From assembly GCA_951406725.2 (NCBI GenBank), contig OX597815.1, positions 40,362,001 through 40,426,000 of the forward strand: DNA of 64,000 nucleotides, in the 5' to 3' direction. The position numbers and the translations under genes are program-made. Below are positions 39,889 to 53,519 of the stretch, in pieces. The notes under the pieces are model-generated. The model was not told where the DNA came from. It did no database searches and worked only from the letters and a program-made list of their open reading frames with translations. This stretch comes from Octopus vulgaris (lineage: Eukaryota). Positions within the stretch are counted from its first letter, which is position 1; each line of letters opens with the position of its first letter.

Positions 39889-40073
39889 GTATGTATGTAT
39901 GTATGTATGTATGTATGTATGTATGTATGTATGTATGTATGTATGTATGTATGTATGTATGTATAAATGTGTATGAATGCACATATGTATGTATAATTAT
40001 GTGTGTTTGTGTGTGTGTGTTTTGTTAAATACATGGCTATGTTGAACTGTTATCTTTTTTGTTTTATGTGATT

Positions 40074-40295
40074 GGGTGCTTTAGGTAAAAAAAATTCCTG
40101 GCTTTAGGTAAAAGAAAATACAGGAAGACCATTTAATTATGATTTTATTCAACATATTCCCCTCTCAGACTCACACATTTATTGCAGAAGTCCTTCAGTT
40201 TTTCTAAGACCCATAAAAGAACTCGGAAGGTTGGGCCTCCAGCCACGCCTTTTATGATACCCTTAAAGCCAGGAACTTTTCAACACCCCATCATA
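40074..40295. mobile_element. Mariner-like MITE remnant
   Basis: Inverted ends ttcctggcttta / taaagccaggaa. Confidence 0.5.
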
Positions 40296-40450
40296 TTTTC
40301 ATTTTTTTCTCATTAGCATTTTTACAGTTTGTCTGGGACTGTAGACTTTTTAAATCCACACCCAGTGTTTTTACAACTTTACAGCCTCATTATCTAGAAT
40401 TCAATTGAATGGATTTGGCATTGATGTTGTTTCTTATTTTCTTAAATACC

Positions 40451-40681
40451 TATTTCTTTACTACCCACAAGGGGTTAAACACAGAGAGGACAAACAAGGA
40501 CAGACAAACGGATTAAGTCGATTATATCGACCCCAGTGCATAACTGGTACTTATTTAATCGACCCCGAAAGGATGAAAGGCAAAGTCGACCTTGGAGGAA
40601 TTTGAACTCAGAACGCAGCGGCGGACGAAATACCACAAAGCATTTCGCCCAGCATGCTAACGTTTCTGTTAGCTCGCCACC
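40451..40681 (-). mobile_element. tRNA-derived SINE family B with a 14-bp TSD (other copies 21497-21702 +, 28520-28730 -, 60283-60470 -)
   Basis: TSD ttttcttaaatacc at 40437-40450 and 40682-40695; B-box gagttcaaattcc on the minus strand. Confidence 0.88.
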
Positions 40682-40699
40682 TTTTCTTAAATACCATTT

Positions 40700-42790
40700 G
40701 GATTTGTGTAGACTTTCCTGCCAAAAGTTTACTGACCATCAGCTCTTTCCTTCATCCCTACAGGTCTTCTGCTCTCATCCTCGCTAGGATCCCCCCACAT
40801 CATTGCCACCATCCCCTCTCCCACTTTGTCTCCCTAGTTTGCCCCTTCTACTCATCTCTTGATGTAGCTGCATTCTGTTCATTGCTACCCTGCGATTAGA
40901 TAGTGACCCACTAGTCTCCCACACATTGAGAATAGTTCTCTCCTGCTGATGCTGCTATCCAGTTCCAGGATCTCATTTCCCCTCCAAAACACCAATGAAC
41001 CTTTTTTTTCTATTTCTTTGAAGCTTAAGCCCCAGTGCAGCTCCTTCAACCATATACCAAGAAGTCATCTATATAGGAATTGGTGGCCCTTCTTATCCTG
41101 TCCACTTTTCCCAGGATAGACTTGAGCACTGTTGCTATGATTTTCAATGCAGAATTTAACACAAGACCCACGTGGAGCTGCCAACTTCAAGTTGACAATT
41201 ATTGCCACCCCCATTATCTGTCCCCATCCATGCAGTGTCTCACTGCAGACATCAGTCACCTCACCATTCCTCTCCCAAAGTCCAGTACCAACCTGACTTT
41301 GTCCTTTGTTGACTGCACCACTGCCATTAGTGGTAGCACTCTGCTTACTACCCCCTTCTTCCACAGGATAAGGACACCCTCCTTAATCTACATCTCTACC
41401 TCTTCTTCAAACTCACTAAGGGCATGTCCTTTCAAGGTATACTGGTAGCAGCTCAGCCTGTTCTTCAGCATTGGGGGCTCCCCTTTCGAGAACCACTCTA
41501 CCATTCACCACTGACTGTCAAACACCACCTGAAAATCTTTGTCCTTAATGGTGTAAGCAGTAGAGTCCCTCACAGAGCTCTGCTCCCCTCATGTTGCAGA
41601 CTCATGGCACATGATGCCCCTGCACCACCAAACAAAACCACATCTCCACCAACACTGACATCTCCAAGGTGGTTGATTGTGTCCATCCCCATCACTATGT
41701 CAATTCCGTCTACCACATGGTCAATCACAATCACCCACAGCAGCAGTGTTGTGTCCCACACCACAATCTCCATGTTGCTGCTACTCTTACATCTAATTTC
41801 GCTGCCATCAACTGCCCAATCACTACCTCTTCTATTTTTTTGTCACCCTCAGGGTCACAAGAGACATTGTACAGCTTGTATCCATGAGGGCTTTGAACGT
41901 CTTTCTCCCAACCAAGACTTCAAGTATAGGCAGCAACTGTAGAAGCACCTCTACTCACTCACAGAGGAAGTTTGAGAGGCAACAACTTCCCCATAACCTT
42001 TTCCCTGGCTGCAATTTTGAGCAATATGCCCAGTATGCCTGCGCTGGTAGCAAATAGGTCTGAACTTCATCACCGTGCAATCCTTTGACATGTGCAGGCC
42101 CTGGCATGTGAAACATCGCCCCATGAAAAGTTGCTGTCACTCCACAGCAGTTTTCCTCTCATTCTTTACCAGTCATTGCACTACATTGCAGGCTGCCATC
42201 ACCACTGCCTTCCACCTGGTGTTCTGTGTCGACATGCAGGCTTGAGCAATGGGTTCACTCATTGCCATTTTCTCACTGCCTGGCAGTTGTTACAGTCACA
42301 CTAATATGCTGTCAGGAAAGCCATTTATGAAGGCCAGTCATGCTGTCTTCTCTAGACCTTCTCCAGTAAGGATAGCATGGCCAGTCTCTGAACTTTCGCA
42401 GTATACTCATCGACCTGTTCCCCTGTCCATCTGACTGTTCCCAGCTTAGCAAACTTGGTGTACATTCCCTCCATATAGGCTTCCCTCCAGCGCTGCTCAA
42501 TCTTTGCCATGCTCAATTGGTCTTCCTCATCCATCCCTCATTCATTTCGTCAGTGTGCTTCCCTCCAGGTACAAGGCCATGAGAACTGCTACATCATTGA
42601 TGCATTTTAGCCTGGCCACTACTTTGATTTTACAGATCCAGGCCACAACATCTCTTTCACCAAAGAAATGTCTGGCAGCATTGCTGCCGATCCTTATCTT
42701 CACTGCTATCTCATTGAAGCAGACAACAACAACAATACAGAAATATATTTATACATGATTGCCAAAATAGCTTGTCATACAAGGGAAATG
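40700..42790 (-). mobile_element. Degraded Gypsy/Ty3 LTR-retrotransposon internal region (gag-protease-RT)
   Basis: gag-like WTGEQVDEYTAKVQRLA; protease ALMDTSC (~41871-41892) and IVMGMD; VLPLMAVVQSTKDKVRLVLDF; YIDD at 41064-41075. Confidence 0.85.
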
Positions 42791-43941
42791 TAATACAGGG
42801 AAATAAGATATGGTTCACCTACCTTCTCATTGTTGACTGTCCAGCTGTACTAACGCCAAAACTCAAACCCTACCCATCATACCTAATGTAAGCAGCTGCT
42901 ACTACCAATCCTGCTAGCTCGCACCGCTGACATCTCTTCGTGGTGAGTGCCCCAAGCTGAAAGAATGCAACCCTGGTCTTGCTTTCTCCACTTCCTCTCC
43001 TGCCCTTCCTGTTCCAGTCAAGCCCCTTGACAATTGATGTCACAGCCCTTTCTTTCCAGCTCATCTCATCCCCACAAATCTTGATGATTATAAAACAAAA
43101 AGTATAGTTTCTATAATTAGTCTGTGAGAAATTTTAAAAGTACACAGGTATTTCCTTCTATTATTTTCCTACCTAGTTATGTATAGTTGTGCGTTAACTC
43201 CATGCTGCAAGTGCATGTTGAGCCGACATGAGAGTGTTATACTGGTCTGTCCAATGTAATAGTTATTATCCTAAAGTTAGAAACATTTATAGATCACTTT
43301 GGTCAGCCATAATTTGTTCTTGACCTCACATGTTTCTCTGTGTTGTCAATAAGGAGGTTTTTGGTTTTGATATTTTTGTTGTATATTATTAGTTTAAGTT
43401 CATAGTCAAATGTGATGCATTTTGTGTTGTATTTTATGAAGGTTTTTATATGTTCAGCTGTTTGATAATTTTCAGTACATTTAGTTCATGTAATAGCTTT
43501 TGTGTAGATTGTGTATTTCTATTAAGTATATTCTCTGATATATTTATTGCATTTGTATTTGTAAATTTTTATAGTTTGATACACTAATCTATTAGAATAT
43601 CCATTGTAAATCAATATTTGTGTAATTCTATGTATTTCTCTCTTTAGTGCATTGCTTGTGGCCAAGAATGCTCTTCTGAGGAGTGGTTTTTACCATTGTC
43701 ATCTTAGTCATGTGGGCATTCTCTGTCTCTGTGTAAGCACATGGATTTGCTTAATTCTTTCGTGTATACTAATGAAGTGTATCTATTATTTTTGTTTCTT
43801 TTTTAAAATCTATATGTTTGTGTCTAAAACCAGGACCCATTTATATTATTTTGTATGTTTTATTGTACAGAGTTGTTTTATAAGTCTTTAGTCTTTTATA
43901 AGTCTTTAAACAAAATAGACACATACATTAAGTATCTATAT

Positions 43942-44347
43942 ACTCTTTACTCTTTTACTTGTTTCAATCATTTGACTGTGGCCATGCTGGAGCACCGCCT
44001 TTTGTCGAACAGATCGACCCCGGGACTTATTCTTTGTAAGCCCAGTACTTATTCTATCGGTCTCTTTTGCCGAACTGCTAAGTGACGGCGACATAAACAC
44101 ACCAGCATTGGTTGTCAAGCAATGCTAGGGGTACAAACACAGACATACAAACATTCACACACATATATATATATACATATATACGACGGGCTTCTTTCAG
44201 TTTCTGTCTACCAAATCCACTCACAAGGCTTTGGTCGGCCCGAGGCTATAGTAGAAGACACATGCCCAAGGTACCACGCAGTGTGACTGAACCCGGAACC
44301 ATGTGGTTGGCAAGCAAGCTACTTACCACTCAGCCACTCCTACACCT
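43942..44347 (-). mobile_element. SINE family A
   Basis: Reverse complement of the family A sequence. Confidence 0.9.
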
Positions 44348-44379
44348 ATATATATATATCTTAGCAAAGCATCCCATCA

Positions 44380-44900
44380 TAAATGCATGTGTGCATGTGT
44401 ATCAGCCAGCAATATGGTGATTAAAAGAGGAAACACTGTCCAAAACAATTGGAAATTACTAGAACAATCTAGACCATATCTGAATGGAAATAGATGTTAC
44501 AAGCTTTGTGTGGCAGAGAGGAGAATCATTCTAAAAAATTCATGCAATCCAGCTGCTTTTCTGAGCTCAAAAACAAAATATTTGGATGCTACCCTTATGA
44601 GTATAAATTCATTTTGAGAACATGATTGTGCCTATTTTTTTAACTAGAGACTGACATACGCGTACATACATGCGTCTGACATGGGAAGTAACTCTCCTTT
44701 TCCTACTGGAATATGATGTAATTTTTCTGTTTCACTCTGGTTTCTTTTACCAACACCAAGCCAACCAGGATCTATACATACCGCCAGCATAAAAAAGGTT
44801 ATGTACTTCCAGCTAGTATGATTCAAGAGTCATCCCTATTACCAGGTGCAATAGTCAGCACAAAACTGATGGTAACATCCTGACCAGTTAAGTATCATCG
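44380..44900 (+). mobile_element. Penelope-like GIY-YIG C-terminal fragment
   Basis: IW*LK..WKLLEQSRPYLNGNRCYKLCVAERRIIL resembles the WKIL..PY..C.LC..EK signature. Confidence 0.6.
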
Positions 44901-45080
44901 CCAGTAATATACAGCTCAATGTATGTATGTATGTATGTATGTATGTATGTATGTGCATGTGTATCTCCTTGTCTTCACTTTTACAGACAGTCCAAATCTA
45001 TCATTCGCTACTCTTTATAATTTCCAAATAATCATTTAAATACTTCAAAATCAAAATTGCATAAATATGTGTGCCAGAAA

Positions 45081-45120
<40 letters not shown>

Positions 45121-47283
45121 GTCGTCATCATCGTTTAACGTCCGTTTTCCACCCTAGCATGGGTTGGACAGTTCGACTGGGGTCTGGGAAGCCAGGAGTC
45201 TGCACTAGCTCCAGTCTGATCTGGAAGTGTTTCTACAGCTGGATGCCCTTCCTAACACCAACCACTCCAAGAGTGTAGTGGCTGCTTTTTATGTGCCACC
45301 AGCACAGGGGCCAGGGGAGGCTGGAAACATCCACGATCGATTGGTGCTTTTTACATGCCACCAGCACAGATGCCAGTCAAGGTGGCGCTGGCATAGGCCA
45401 TGTTCGGATGGTGCTTTTTACGTGCCACCGGCATGGGTATCACAACTACAAATTCCATATGATTTTTATTTTGATGTTGATGTACATGACTCAATAGGTC
45501 TCCTCAAGGACAGCAGGTCGCCCTACGATCCAAGGTAAGCACAGCAGGCCGTCCTGTGAGCCATGAATTCACTTCATTTGTCAGGTCTTCGCAGTCACAG
45601 CATATCTCCTGCATATCTTCGTCATTGCCTCTATGAGGCCCAACGTTCGAAGGTCATGCTTGGCCACCTCATCCCATTCTTCCTGGGTCTACCTTTACCC
45701 TGGATTCCTTCAACTGTTTGAGAGTGGCACTTCTTCACACATCTCTCCTCATCCATCCGTAGTACATGACCATACCAACGCAAACGTCTCTCTTGTATGC
45801 CACATCTGATGCTTCTTATGCCCAACATTTCTCTCAGGGTGCTTACACTCTGTCGTGTGTGCACACTGACATTACACATCCAGCTAAGCATGCTAACTTC
45901 ATTTCTTTCGAGCTTATGCATTTCCTCTGCAGTCACAGCCCATGTTTCACTGCCGCGTAGCATGGCAGTTCGCACACATGCATTGTACAATCTACCTTTC
46001 TCTCTGAGCAAGAGACCGTTTGTCACCAGTAGGGGTAGAAGATTTCTAAACTTTGCCCAGGATATTCTTATTCTAGTGGTAACACTCTCTGAGCATCCAC
46101 CCCTCACTACAGACTTGGTCACCTAGGTAGCTTAAGCTATCAACTACTTCTAGTTTCTCCTCCTGGAGTGTGATAGAATCTGTTTTCTGAGTATCTGTGG
46201 TGTCTATTGCTCCTGTGCATCTGCTACACACGAAAGCTATCTTCTCGGTTAATTTTCCTTTGATGTTGCTGCACCTTTTATGTGTCCATAGCTTACACTG
46301 GGTACATCTTATGGAGTTTCTACCTACACCTTTTCTACAGATCGAGCAGGGCCACCTACCTGAAGGGGTGTGTGATGAGTTTGCCTTCCTGCTTACTAGA
46401 ACTTTGGTCTTTACTACATTGACTCTAAGGCCTTTTGATTCTAAACCTAGCTTCCACACCCCAAATTTCTTTTCTAGTTCTGGTAGTGATTCTGCTATGA
46501 GGGCCAGGTCATCAGCATAGAGGAGTTCCCAGGGGCAACTCGTCTTGAATTCCTCTGTTATTGCCAGGAGGACTATGATGAATAAAAGGGGACTGAGGGC
46601 TGAACCTTGGTGGACCTCTACTTCTACCTTGAATTCTTCACTATACTCATTGCCAATCCTAACCTTACTAACGGTATCTCTGTAAAGGGCTTGTACAGCC
46701 TTTATTAACCATTTGTCAATCTCCAGCTTCTGCATCACCCATCAGATAAGGGAGCAGGGGACCTTGTCAAAGGCTTTCTCCAAGTCCACAAAAGCTAAGT
46801 ATAGGAGTTTATCTTTAGCTACCTATGTCTCCTGCAGTTGTCGAACCAGGAATATGGCATCAGTGGTGCTTCTACCTGGCACTAAACTGAACTGCATCTC
46901 ATCTAAGCAGACTCTCTCCCTAATGAGATGGGCTATGACCCTCTCTATGTCCTTCATCACCTGATCCAGCAGTTTGATACCCCTGTAGTTATTTCTATCT
47001 AAAGCATCACCTTTACCCTTGTAGCAGTTGACTATGGTTCTGCTGCACCAGTCATTGGGTATGACTCCATCATGAACTACCTGGTTTACAATGCAGGTGA
47101 CTAGGCCATAGCCCACACCACCAGACGTTTTACGCATCTCAGCAGTGATTCCTGATGGCCAGGGGCTTTTCCTGGCTTCATACCCTTAATTGCATTATCT
47201 ACTAGGGAGCTTTCTATTCAGATAGCTGGTCCCTCTACTGAGTCAACATTTGGCAGGCTCTCCTCCTCCTATTCATTCTCCAC
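45081..47283 (-). mobile_element. 5'-truncated copy of the same RTE family
   Basis: ORFs 46823-47137, 46073-46738 and 45631-46122 align with the 57890-59580 region; (GAT)n tail at 45081-45132. Confidence 0.95.
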
Positions 47284-48569
47284 AGTAGTTAAAAATTAAG
47301 GAAATTGATTTTGGGGAGATCTCTTAATATGACTAACTTTTATTCCATTATTTTAATATCTTCTGAAACTTATACATATACTTGTATAAATGCATACACA
47401 AAATACAAATATATACACACACACATACATTTTTACAGAGTTAGTTTTATATACATCCTTGTATATATATAAATATTTTAGAATATTTACGCAATTGTGC
47501 CCCAAAGATTTGATTTTTCATAACCTTGAGAAAATTAAATATTTCTTTTCTACAAATATGCTTTAGATCATGTAAATCCCTATTAAATTGGAATTCATTG
47601 TGAAAACCATTTGTCCCTAAAGGAGCCTTAGAAAATTCACACCATAACCCTAACTCACTCCCTAGTGCCCCTTTGCTCCAAAACACCCACCTCCAGCTCC
47701 AAATGGCCCCCCATTGAGAACCTTTGGTTTACAACATTCGAAAATATAGCCAAACAAATTATTCCTTTAGGTGTAGTCAAAATGAAGAATCCTTGATGTG
47801 CCCACCAAATTTTGACCTCAAAACCACATACTGATTAATTGAAATACAGTTAGAACTTAGTTGACACATGCACCAATCCATTACATTTAAGCCACATGCT
47901 GATTGGTCAAAAAACAGTCTGGAAAGTTCAACCAACAGGAGCCCATCGGAGGGTATTTAAAGGATAAATCCAAGAATTTTGCTACAACTGTCTGTTGAGG
48001 AACAAGACTGTCACTACATAAACCTGATAATTGCATAATGCATGAAAGTATAAGTTTATTTCAATATCATAAAATTGAAAAATTGTAAAAATTGCAAATA
48101 ATGAAACATGAAAATCAGACTAAGTTGAAATTTCATTGATTAATATACACATACATATATACATGTGTGTGTGTGTATGTTACTCCCCCCCCCCATCATA
48201 TCTTCACCATCTTCTCTCTCTTCTATCTCTGTCTCTCTCTCTCCCTTTCTCTCCATTCTTTTTCCACGTGAAGTAGCCATGTTTCTCTTTTACAGCAAGA
48301 CACCTTTTTCGGTCCTTCAGTAGTTATCTCCACCTCAGCTGAAGGGTCTTGTCTTGCAAGTTGCTTGGTGACCTCACTGTTGGTGGTGTCATGTAAAAAG
48401 CACCCAGTACAATTGTAGAGACGTTGGCATTAGGAAGGGTATCCAACCACAGGAACCATACCAAAGCAGACACCAAAGCTTGGTACAGTTTTCTGACCCA
48501 CCAGTTTCTCTTAAACCATCCAACCAATGCGAGCATGGAAAACAGACATTAAATGATGATAATGTATAT

Positions 48570-48890
48570 ACCGGTGGCACGTAAAAGCACCATCCAAATG
48601 TGGCCGATGCCAGCGCCACCTTGACTGGCTTCTGTGCCGGTGGTACGTAAAAAGTACCAACCGATCGTGGCCGCTGCCGGACCCCCCTGGCACCTGTGTC
48701 GGTGGCACGTAAAAAGCACCCACTACACTCACGGAGTGGTTGGTGTTAGGAAGGGCATCCAGCTGTAGAAACACTGCCAGATCAGACTGGAGCCTGGTGC
48801 AGCCTCCTGGCTTCCCAGACCCCGGTCGAACCGTCCAACCCGTGCTAGCACGGAAAACGGACGTTAAACGATGATGATGATGATGATGAG
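48570..48890 (+). mobile_element. Isolated RTE 3'UTR/tail copy (others at 12155-12690 -, 29688-29938 -)
   Basis: Matches 59740-60071, including three gtaaaaagcacc-type modules. Confidence 0.85.
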
Positions 48891-49445
48891 GATGTGCATG
48901 TATAATATTAACATTATCATCTCCACCTACCTTTAACATTCATTTTGTCATGCAGGTGTAATTTGAATATATCATCACAGATTGAGCCGGTTCTTATTAA
49001 AAGTTACTGTCTTTATACATGAGTCAGGAAGCATGTTTGGCAAATATCAAATTATTCATTCATACATTATACTTGCATACATATATAGACATGCAGACAC
49101 GGTTGTGTGGTAAGAAGTTTGCTTCCCAACCACATGGTTCTGGGTTCAATTCCACTGCATGACATCAGAGGTAAATGTCTTCTGCTATAACCTCAGGCCA
49201 AAGCCTTGAGTGGATTTGGTAGACGAAAACTGAAAGAAGCCTGTTATATATATATGAGAGGTATTGGTATCCAAAGACCCAAGATGGCAGGTAAGGCTAT
49301 GCAAGTGCTACAAGAGGACCATTTATCTACTTTTATATATATATACATATATATATAGGGAGAGTTTACGAAAAAAACAAAAGATGAAGACAGGTGGTGT
49401 ACAAAACAAACAGATGTATTAGTATAACATATATATATATATATA

Positions 49446-50348
49446 CAGGGTGTTCCAGAAGTCTTGGGCAAATTTTGACATTGAATATCTCGAAAACTAT
49501 TAAGGACATAAAAACGCATCTGATATATTCTGAAAGCCTGCAATTTCAGGTTTTTTATGGAATGTTCAAAGATGTTCTATGTGAGCTCAGTTGGTCACAT
49601 GGCACACATCAAGCCAATAGTCCAGTTCTTGCCAAATGCGTTCCAGTATTGCATTGTCGATGGTTGCAACAGCTTTCGTTATTCGGGCCTTCAGATCATC
49701 CATGCCTTTTGGAGGGGAAGGCACATAGACCAGTTCTTTCACAAACGCCGACAAAAAGAAATCTCAGGGTGTGAGATCTGGAAACCTGGGAGGACAGGGC
49801 ATGAGAACGCAATCATCTTTCCCCCAGACCGTCAAATCCATCTGTTTGGCAGTGTTGTGTTCAGATACTGTCTAAACCTGAGCCTCCAGTGCGGTGACGC
49901 CCCATCCTGTTGGAAAATGAAGTCCCTACTGGCCCTTCTGATCGATTTACAGGGGCTCCGCTCGAAGGCAGTTCAAACTTGCTCAACCATATCATCTCAA
50001 GTTGAGGGGTGTCCCGTTCTCTTAGCTGGGCACAAACACCCATCCTTCATGAATTTACCACGCCATCTCAATATGGACTTTCTTTCTGGTGCCTCCTTTC
50101 GGAATTTTATGCAAAATGCACGTTGAACAAGTGTCCATGATTCAGTTTTTGCAAATTCAAGGACACAAAACGCCTTTTCTGGTTGAGTGAACGCCATTAC
50201 TGGATCTGAAAAAATATGAAAAAATCATTAGCATTACAAAATACTTAATGAATTTAGCTTTAAAATGGTACCAGTTTCATCTTACTACCAATCATAGTCC
50301 AGCAGATATGAGGACTTGAAATGTGCCCAAGACTTCTGGAACACCCTG
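49446..50348 (-). mobile_element. Internally deleted Tc1/mariner-superfamily transposon
   Basis: Perfect 25-bp TIR cagggtgttccagaagtcttgggca; TA on both flanks; N-terminal HTH ORF 49997-50197; FQQDGASPH and DFFL..VKELVY catalytic-domain remnants. Confidence 0.93.
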
Positions 50349-50360
50349 TATATATATATA

Positions 50361-51169
50361 TAGGCGTAGTGGTGGCTGTGTGGTAAGTAGCTTGCTTACC
50401 AACCACATGGTTCCAGGTTCAGTCCCACTGCATGGCACCTTGGGCAAGTGTCTTCTGCTATAGCCTCGGGCCAACCAAAGCCTTGTGAGTGGATTGTGTA
50501 GACAGAAACTGAAAGAAGCCCATTGTATATATCTCTCTCTATATAAACGGCAGTTTGTCTGTGCGTTTTCTGTGTGTCTGTTTTCTCGTACCCTCACTCT
50601 GACCACGGCTTTCAACCGATTCTGATGAAACTTGACACACACATAGCCCAATGTCATAATTCAAAACTAATGCAGCGAAAATTTTGAAAAGTTCCCCCAG
50701 TTCTGAAAAAAATCGATAAATTCGACATGGGGTCGATAATCAGAAACCCAAACCACAGACCGTCTAGGGGACGCAACTCCACCTTTTTAACTCTCAAAAA
50801 AATTTACCATCATTTTTTTTCCATTTTTTTGCTATTTTTTTGCTATAACTCTCTAAAAATGCTTTATAGTTATTTCCCTTACAAACCTGAGCAACGCCGG
50901 GCGATACTGCTAGTGTATATATATATGTGTGCGTGTGTGTGTGTTTGTGTGTATATGATTCTGTGTCTGTGTTTGTCCCCCTCCACCAATACTTGGCAAC
51001 TGATGCTGGTGTGTTTACGTCCCTGTTACTTAGTGGTTCAGCAAAAGAGACTGATAGAATAAGTACTAGGCTTACAAAGAATAAGTCCGGGGGTCAATTT
51101 GTTTGACTAAAGGCGGTGCTCCAGCATGGCCACAGTCAACTGACTGAAACAAGTAAAAGAGTAAAGAGT
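50361..51169 (+). mobile_element. SINE family A interrupted by the Helitron-like element
   Basis: Head 50361-50530; body resumes at 50914. Confidence 0.88.
50532..50913 (+). mobile_element. Non-autonomous Helitron-like element nested in a SINE
   Basis: 5' TC and 3' CTAG preceded by the GC-rich hairpin cctgagcaacgccggg; inserted between A and T with no TSD. Confidence 0.7.
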
Positions 51170-51437
51170 ATATACATGTGTGTGTGTATGTGTGTGTTTA
51201 TGTGTATGTGGAGGTCTTTTCCTTGACATTGATTGACAGTTGTAAATTAGTGTTACTGTCATGCAAGCAACAAGACATGTTTGTGTCTGGTCATGGGAAA
51301 ATATTACCCTACCTGAAAACAGATGAGGGTCAGGCAATAGGAACTGTATCAAGTCATAGAAAATCTGTCTCAACAACATGGAAAAGTGGACGTCAAATGT
51401 TGTTGATGCATGTGTGTGTGCGTGCACGTGTGTGCGT

Positions 51438-51483
<46 letters not shown>

Positions 51484-51931
51484 GTGTGTATGTGTGTGTG
51501 TGTGTGTATTTCTGTCTTTACTGTTTCTGTTGTTATGCTCTCACTCAAGTTTTGCTTTCATCACCTTCTCTTTTATTTTTTGTCTATTCCTTTATTCCTT
51601 TATTCTGAACTCGCAGCAATCACCTTCAGACATTTTAGTTGATTGTATTGAACCCAGTTCTTATTTCTTATTTAAGTTCTTATAGTACTTATTCAATTGA
51701 TTTATTGAACTACTAAAGTACACCTAAAGACATGCGACTCATAGGTAAACATAAAAACACACCCATAAACATCAAACTCACACACTCGCACTCACACACA
51801 CACTCAAGCACACATATTTGTACATACAAAGAACAGCTTTTCTTTTAGACATTGAATACATGACTGTGATCTAGTTTCATTTTTTATTACCTAGTGTTTT
51901 GTTTCTTTTTTTCGTATTTTCCAATGAGATC

Positions 51932-52117
51932 AGGCACAGGAGTGACTGTGTGGTAAGTAGCTTGCTCACCTACCACATGGCTCTCCGGGTTCGGTCCCAC
52001 TGCGTGGCACCTTGGGCAAGTGTCTTCTACTATAGCCTCGGTCGGGGTAACCAAAGCCTTCCGAGTGGATTTGGTAGATGGAAACTGAAAGAAGCCTGTC
52101 ATATATATGTATATGTT

Positions 52118-52193
<76 letters not shown>

Positions 52194-52401
52194 TGTGTTT
52201 GTCCCCCCCAACATCGCTTGACAACCGATGCTGGTGTGTTTGCATCCCCGTGACTTAGCGGTTCGACAAAAGAGACCGATAGAATAAGTACTAGGCTTAC
52301 AAAGAATAAGTCCTGGGGTCGATTTGCTTGACTAAAGGCGGTGCTCCAGCATGGCCGCAGTCAAATGACTGAAACAAGTAAAAGAGTAAAAGAGAGTAAA
52401 A
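51932..52401 (+). mobile_element. tRNA-derived SINE family A (CORE-like), full length
   Basis: A/B-box-like head (tgtgtggtaag..ggttcggtccc), accttgggcaagt core-like motif, internal (TG)n, (AAAAGAGT)n tail. Confidence 0.9.
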
Positions 52402-52634
52402 AGATGCAAGCAGTTCGTTTTTAACAATAAACTTCCTAAATCTATCATTAACGTTTCTAGATCTTCATAGTCACATCTTTAAGATGAAGTATTGCTGACA
52501 TGGGTTACCACTTCTTTATAGTAACAAAACCAATACAATTGGGGTAGACATTACTAAGGGGATTTTAATTTTGATCATTTAGTATATAAGTCATTATTCA
52601 GGTGATTATTTTTGTTTGTAATTAGGTGCAGGTA

Positions 52635-53060
52635 TAGGTATGGCTTTGTGATTAAGAAATTTGTTTCAAAACCACATCATGTTGGGTTCCATCCCACTGC
52701 ATAGTACCTAGGGTAAATGTCTTCTCCAAGAGCCCTGGATCAACCAAAACTTTGTGAGTGGATTTGGTGGACAGAAACTGAAAGAAGCCCATTGTAAATA
52801 TATGTGTGTATGTTTGTGTCTCCTTGTCTTGACATCATATTGTAGTTGTAAATGAATTTCACTGTCATACAAGCAGTGTTATTCAGTTCCAATCTGCTGC
52901 AAAAACATGTCCGGCCATGGGGAAATATTACCTTCCTTCAAAACAAGTAGGATGCAGTGACAAGAAGGGTATCTGGCCATAGAAAATCTGCTTCAGTAAA
53001 CTCCATCTGACAAATGGATGTTAAAATGATGATGGAGATGATGAGGACAATGATGACAAC
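52635..53060 (+). mobile_element. SINE with family A head and RTE-type (GAT)n 3' end (related copy 14760-15080)
   Basis: Same head, then ggggaaatattacctt..gaagggtatctggc..gatgatg. Confidence 0.7.
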
Positions 53061-53391
53061 AGTGATTTCTGCATGTTGTCAGTGTGTTTATTGTGAGGTT
53101 CTGTAAGTACTGCTTCCATCATTACTTGTCTATTTTTGTGAGGTGTCTTGAAGCATATGGATGTGTTGTCTACTAAAGTTTGCCTATCTAGTTTTGTTTT
53201 GTATTGTATGCATAGCGTATGGAAATGGCTTCTTGTAAGAGCATGGTGAACCAATGAGAAAGTGTTATATTTGCATGGTAATATAATATTGTCACAAAGT
53301 TTGCAACTTTCATGTTTGTAATCAAATTTATACATAACATTGATCATTAAATGCTTTTTTTTTTTTTATCACTTGCTGGGTTCAGGGTAAG

Positions 53392-53519
53392 AACCCCCAC
53401 CCACACCCAACCCACTTAACCACTCCTATATCTCTCACTTTCAATTACTACAACCACCTCTATACCATCTAACTATCTCCCCTCACTTTTGTTTAAAATA
53501 CTGCACTAATGTCACTGCT
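53392..53519 (+). repeat. 128-bp exact direct repeat of 56588-56715
   Basis: Base-by-base identity; a partial third copy lies at ~54377-54484. Confidence 0.9.

Noticed and set aside
49557-50126. 189-aa plus-strand ORF (also 2344-2790, 24584-24871, 41424-41942)
   Set aside because: Antisense shadows of transposon coding sequence.
51932-52010. tRNA genes at SINE heads (and at 30755-30820)
   Set aside because: A/B boxes are present, but there is no complete cloverleaf or acceptor stem and they continue into repeat bodies.
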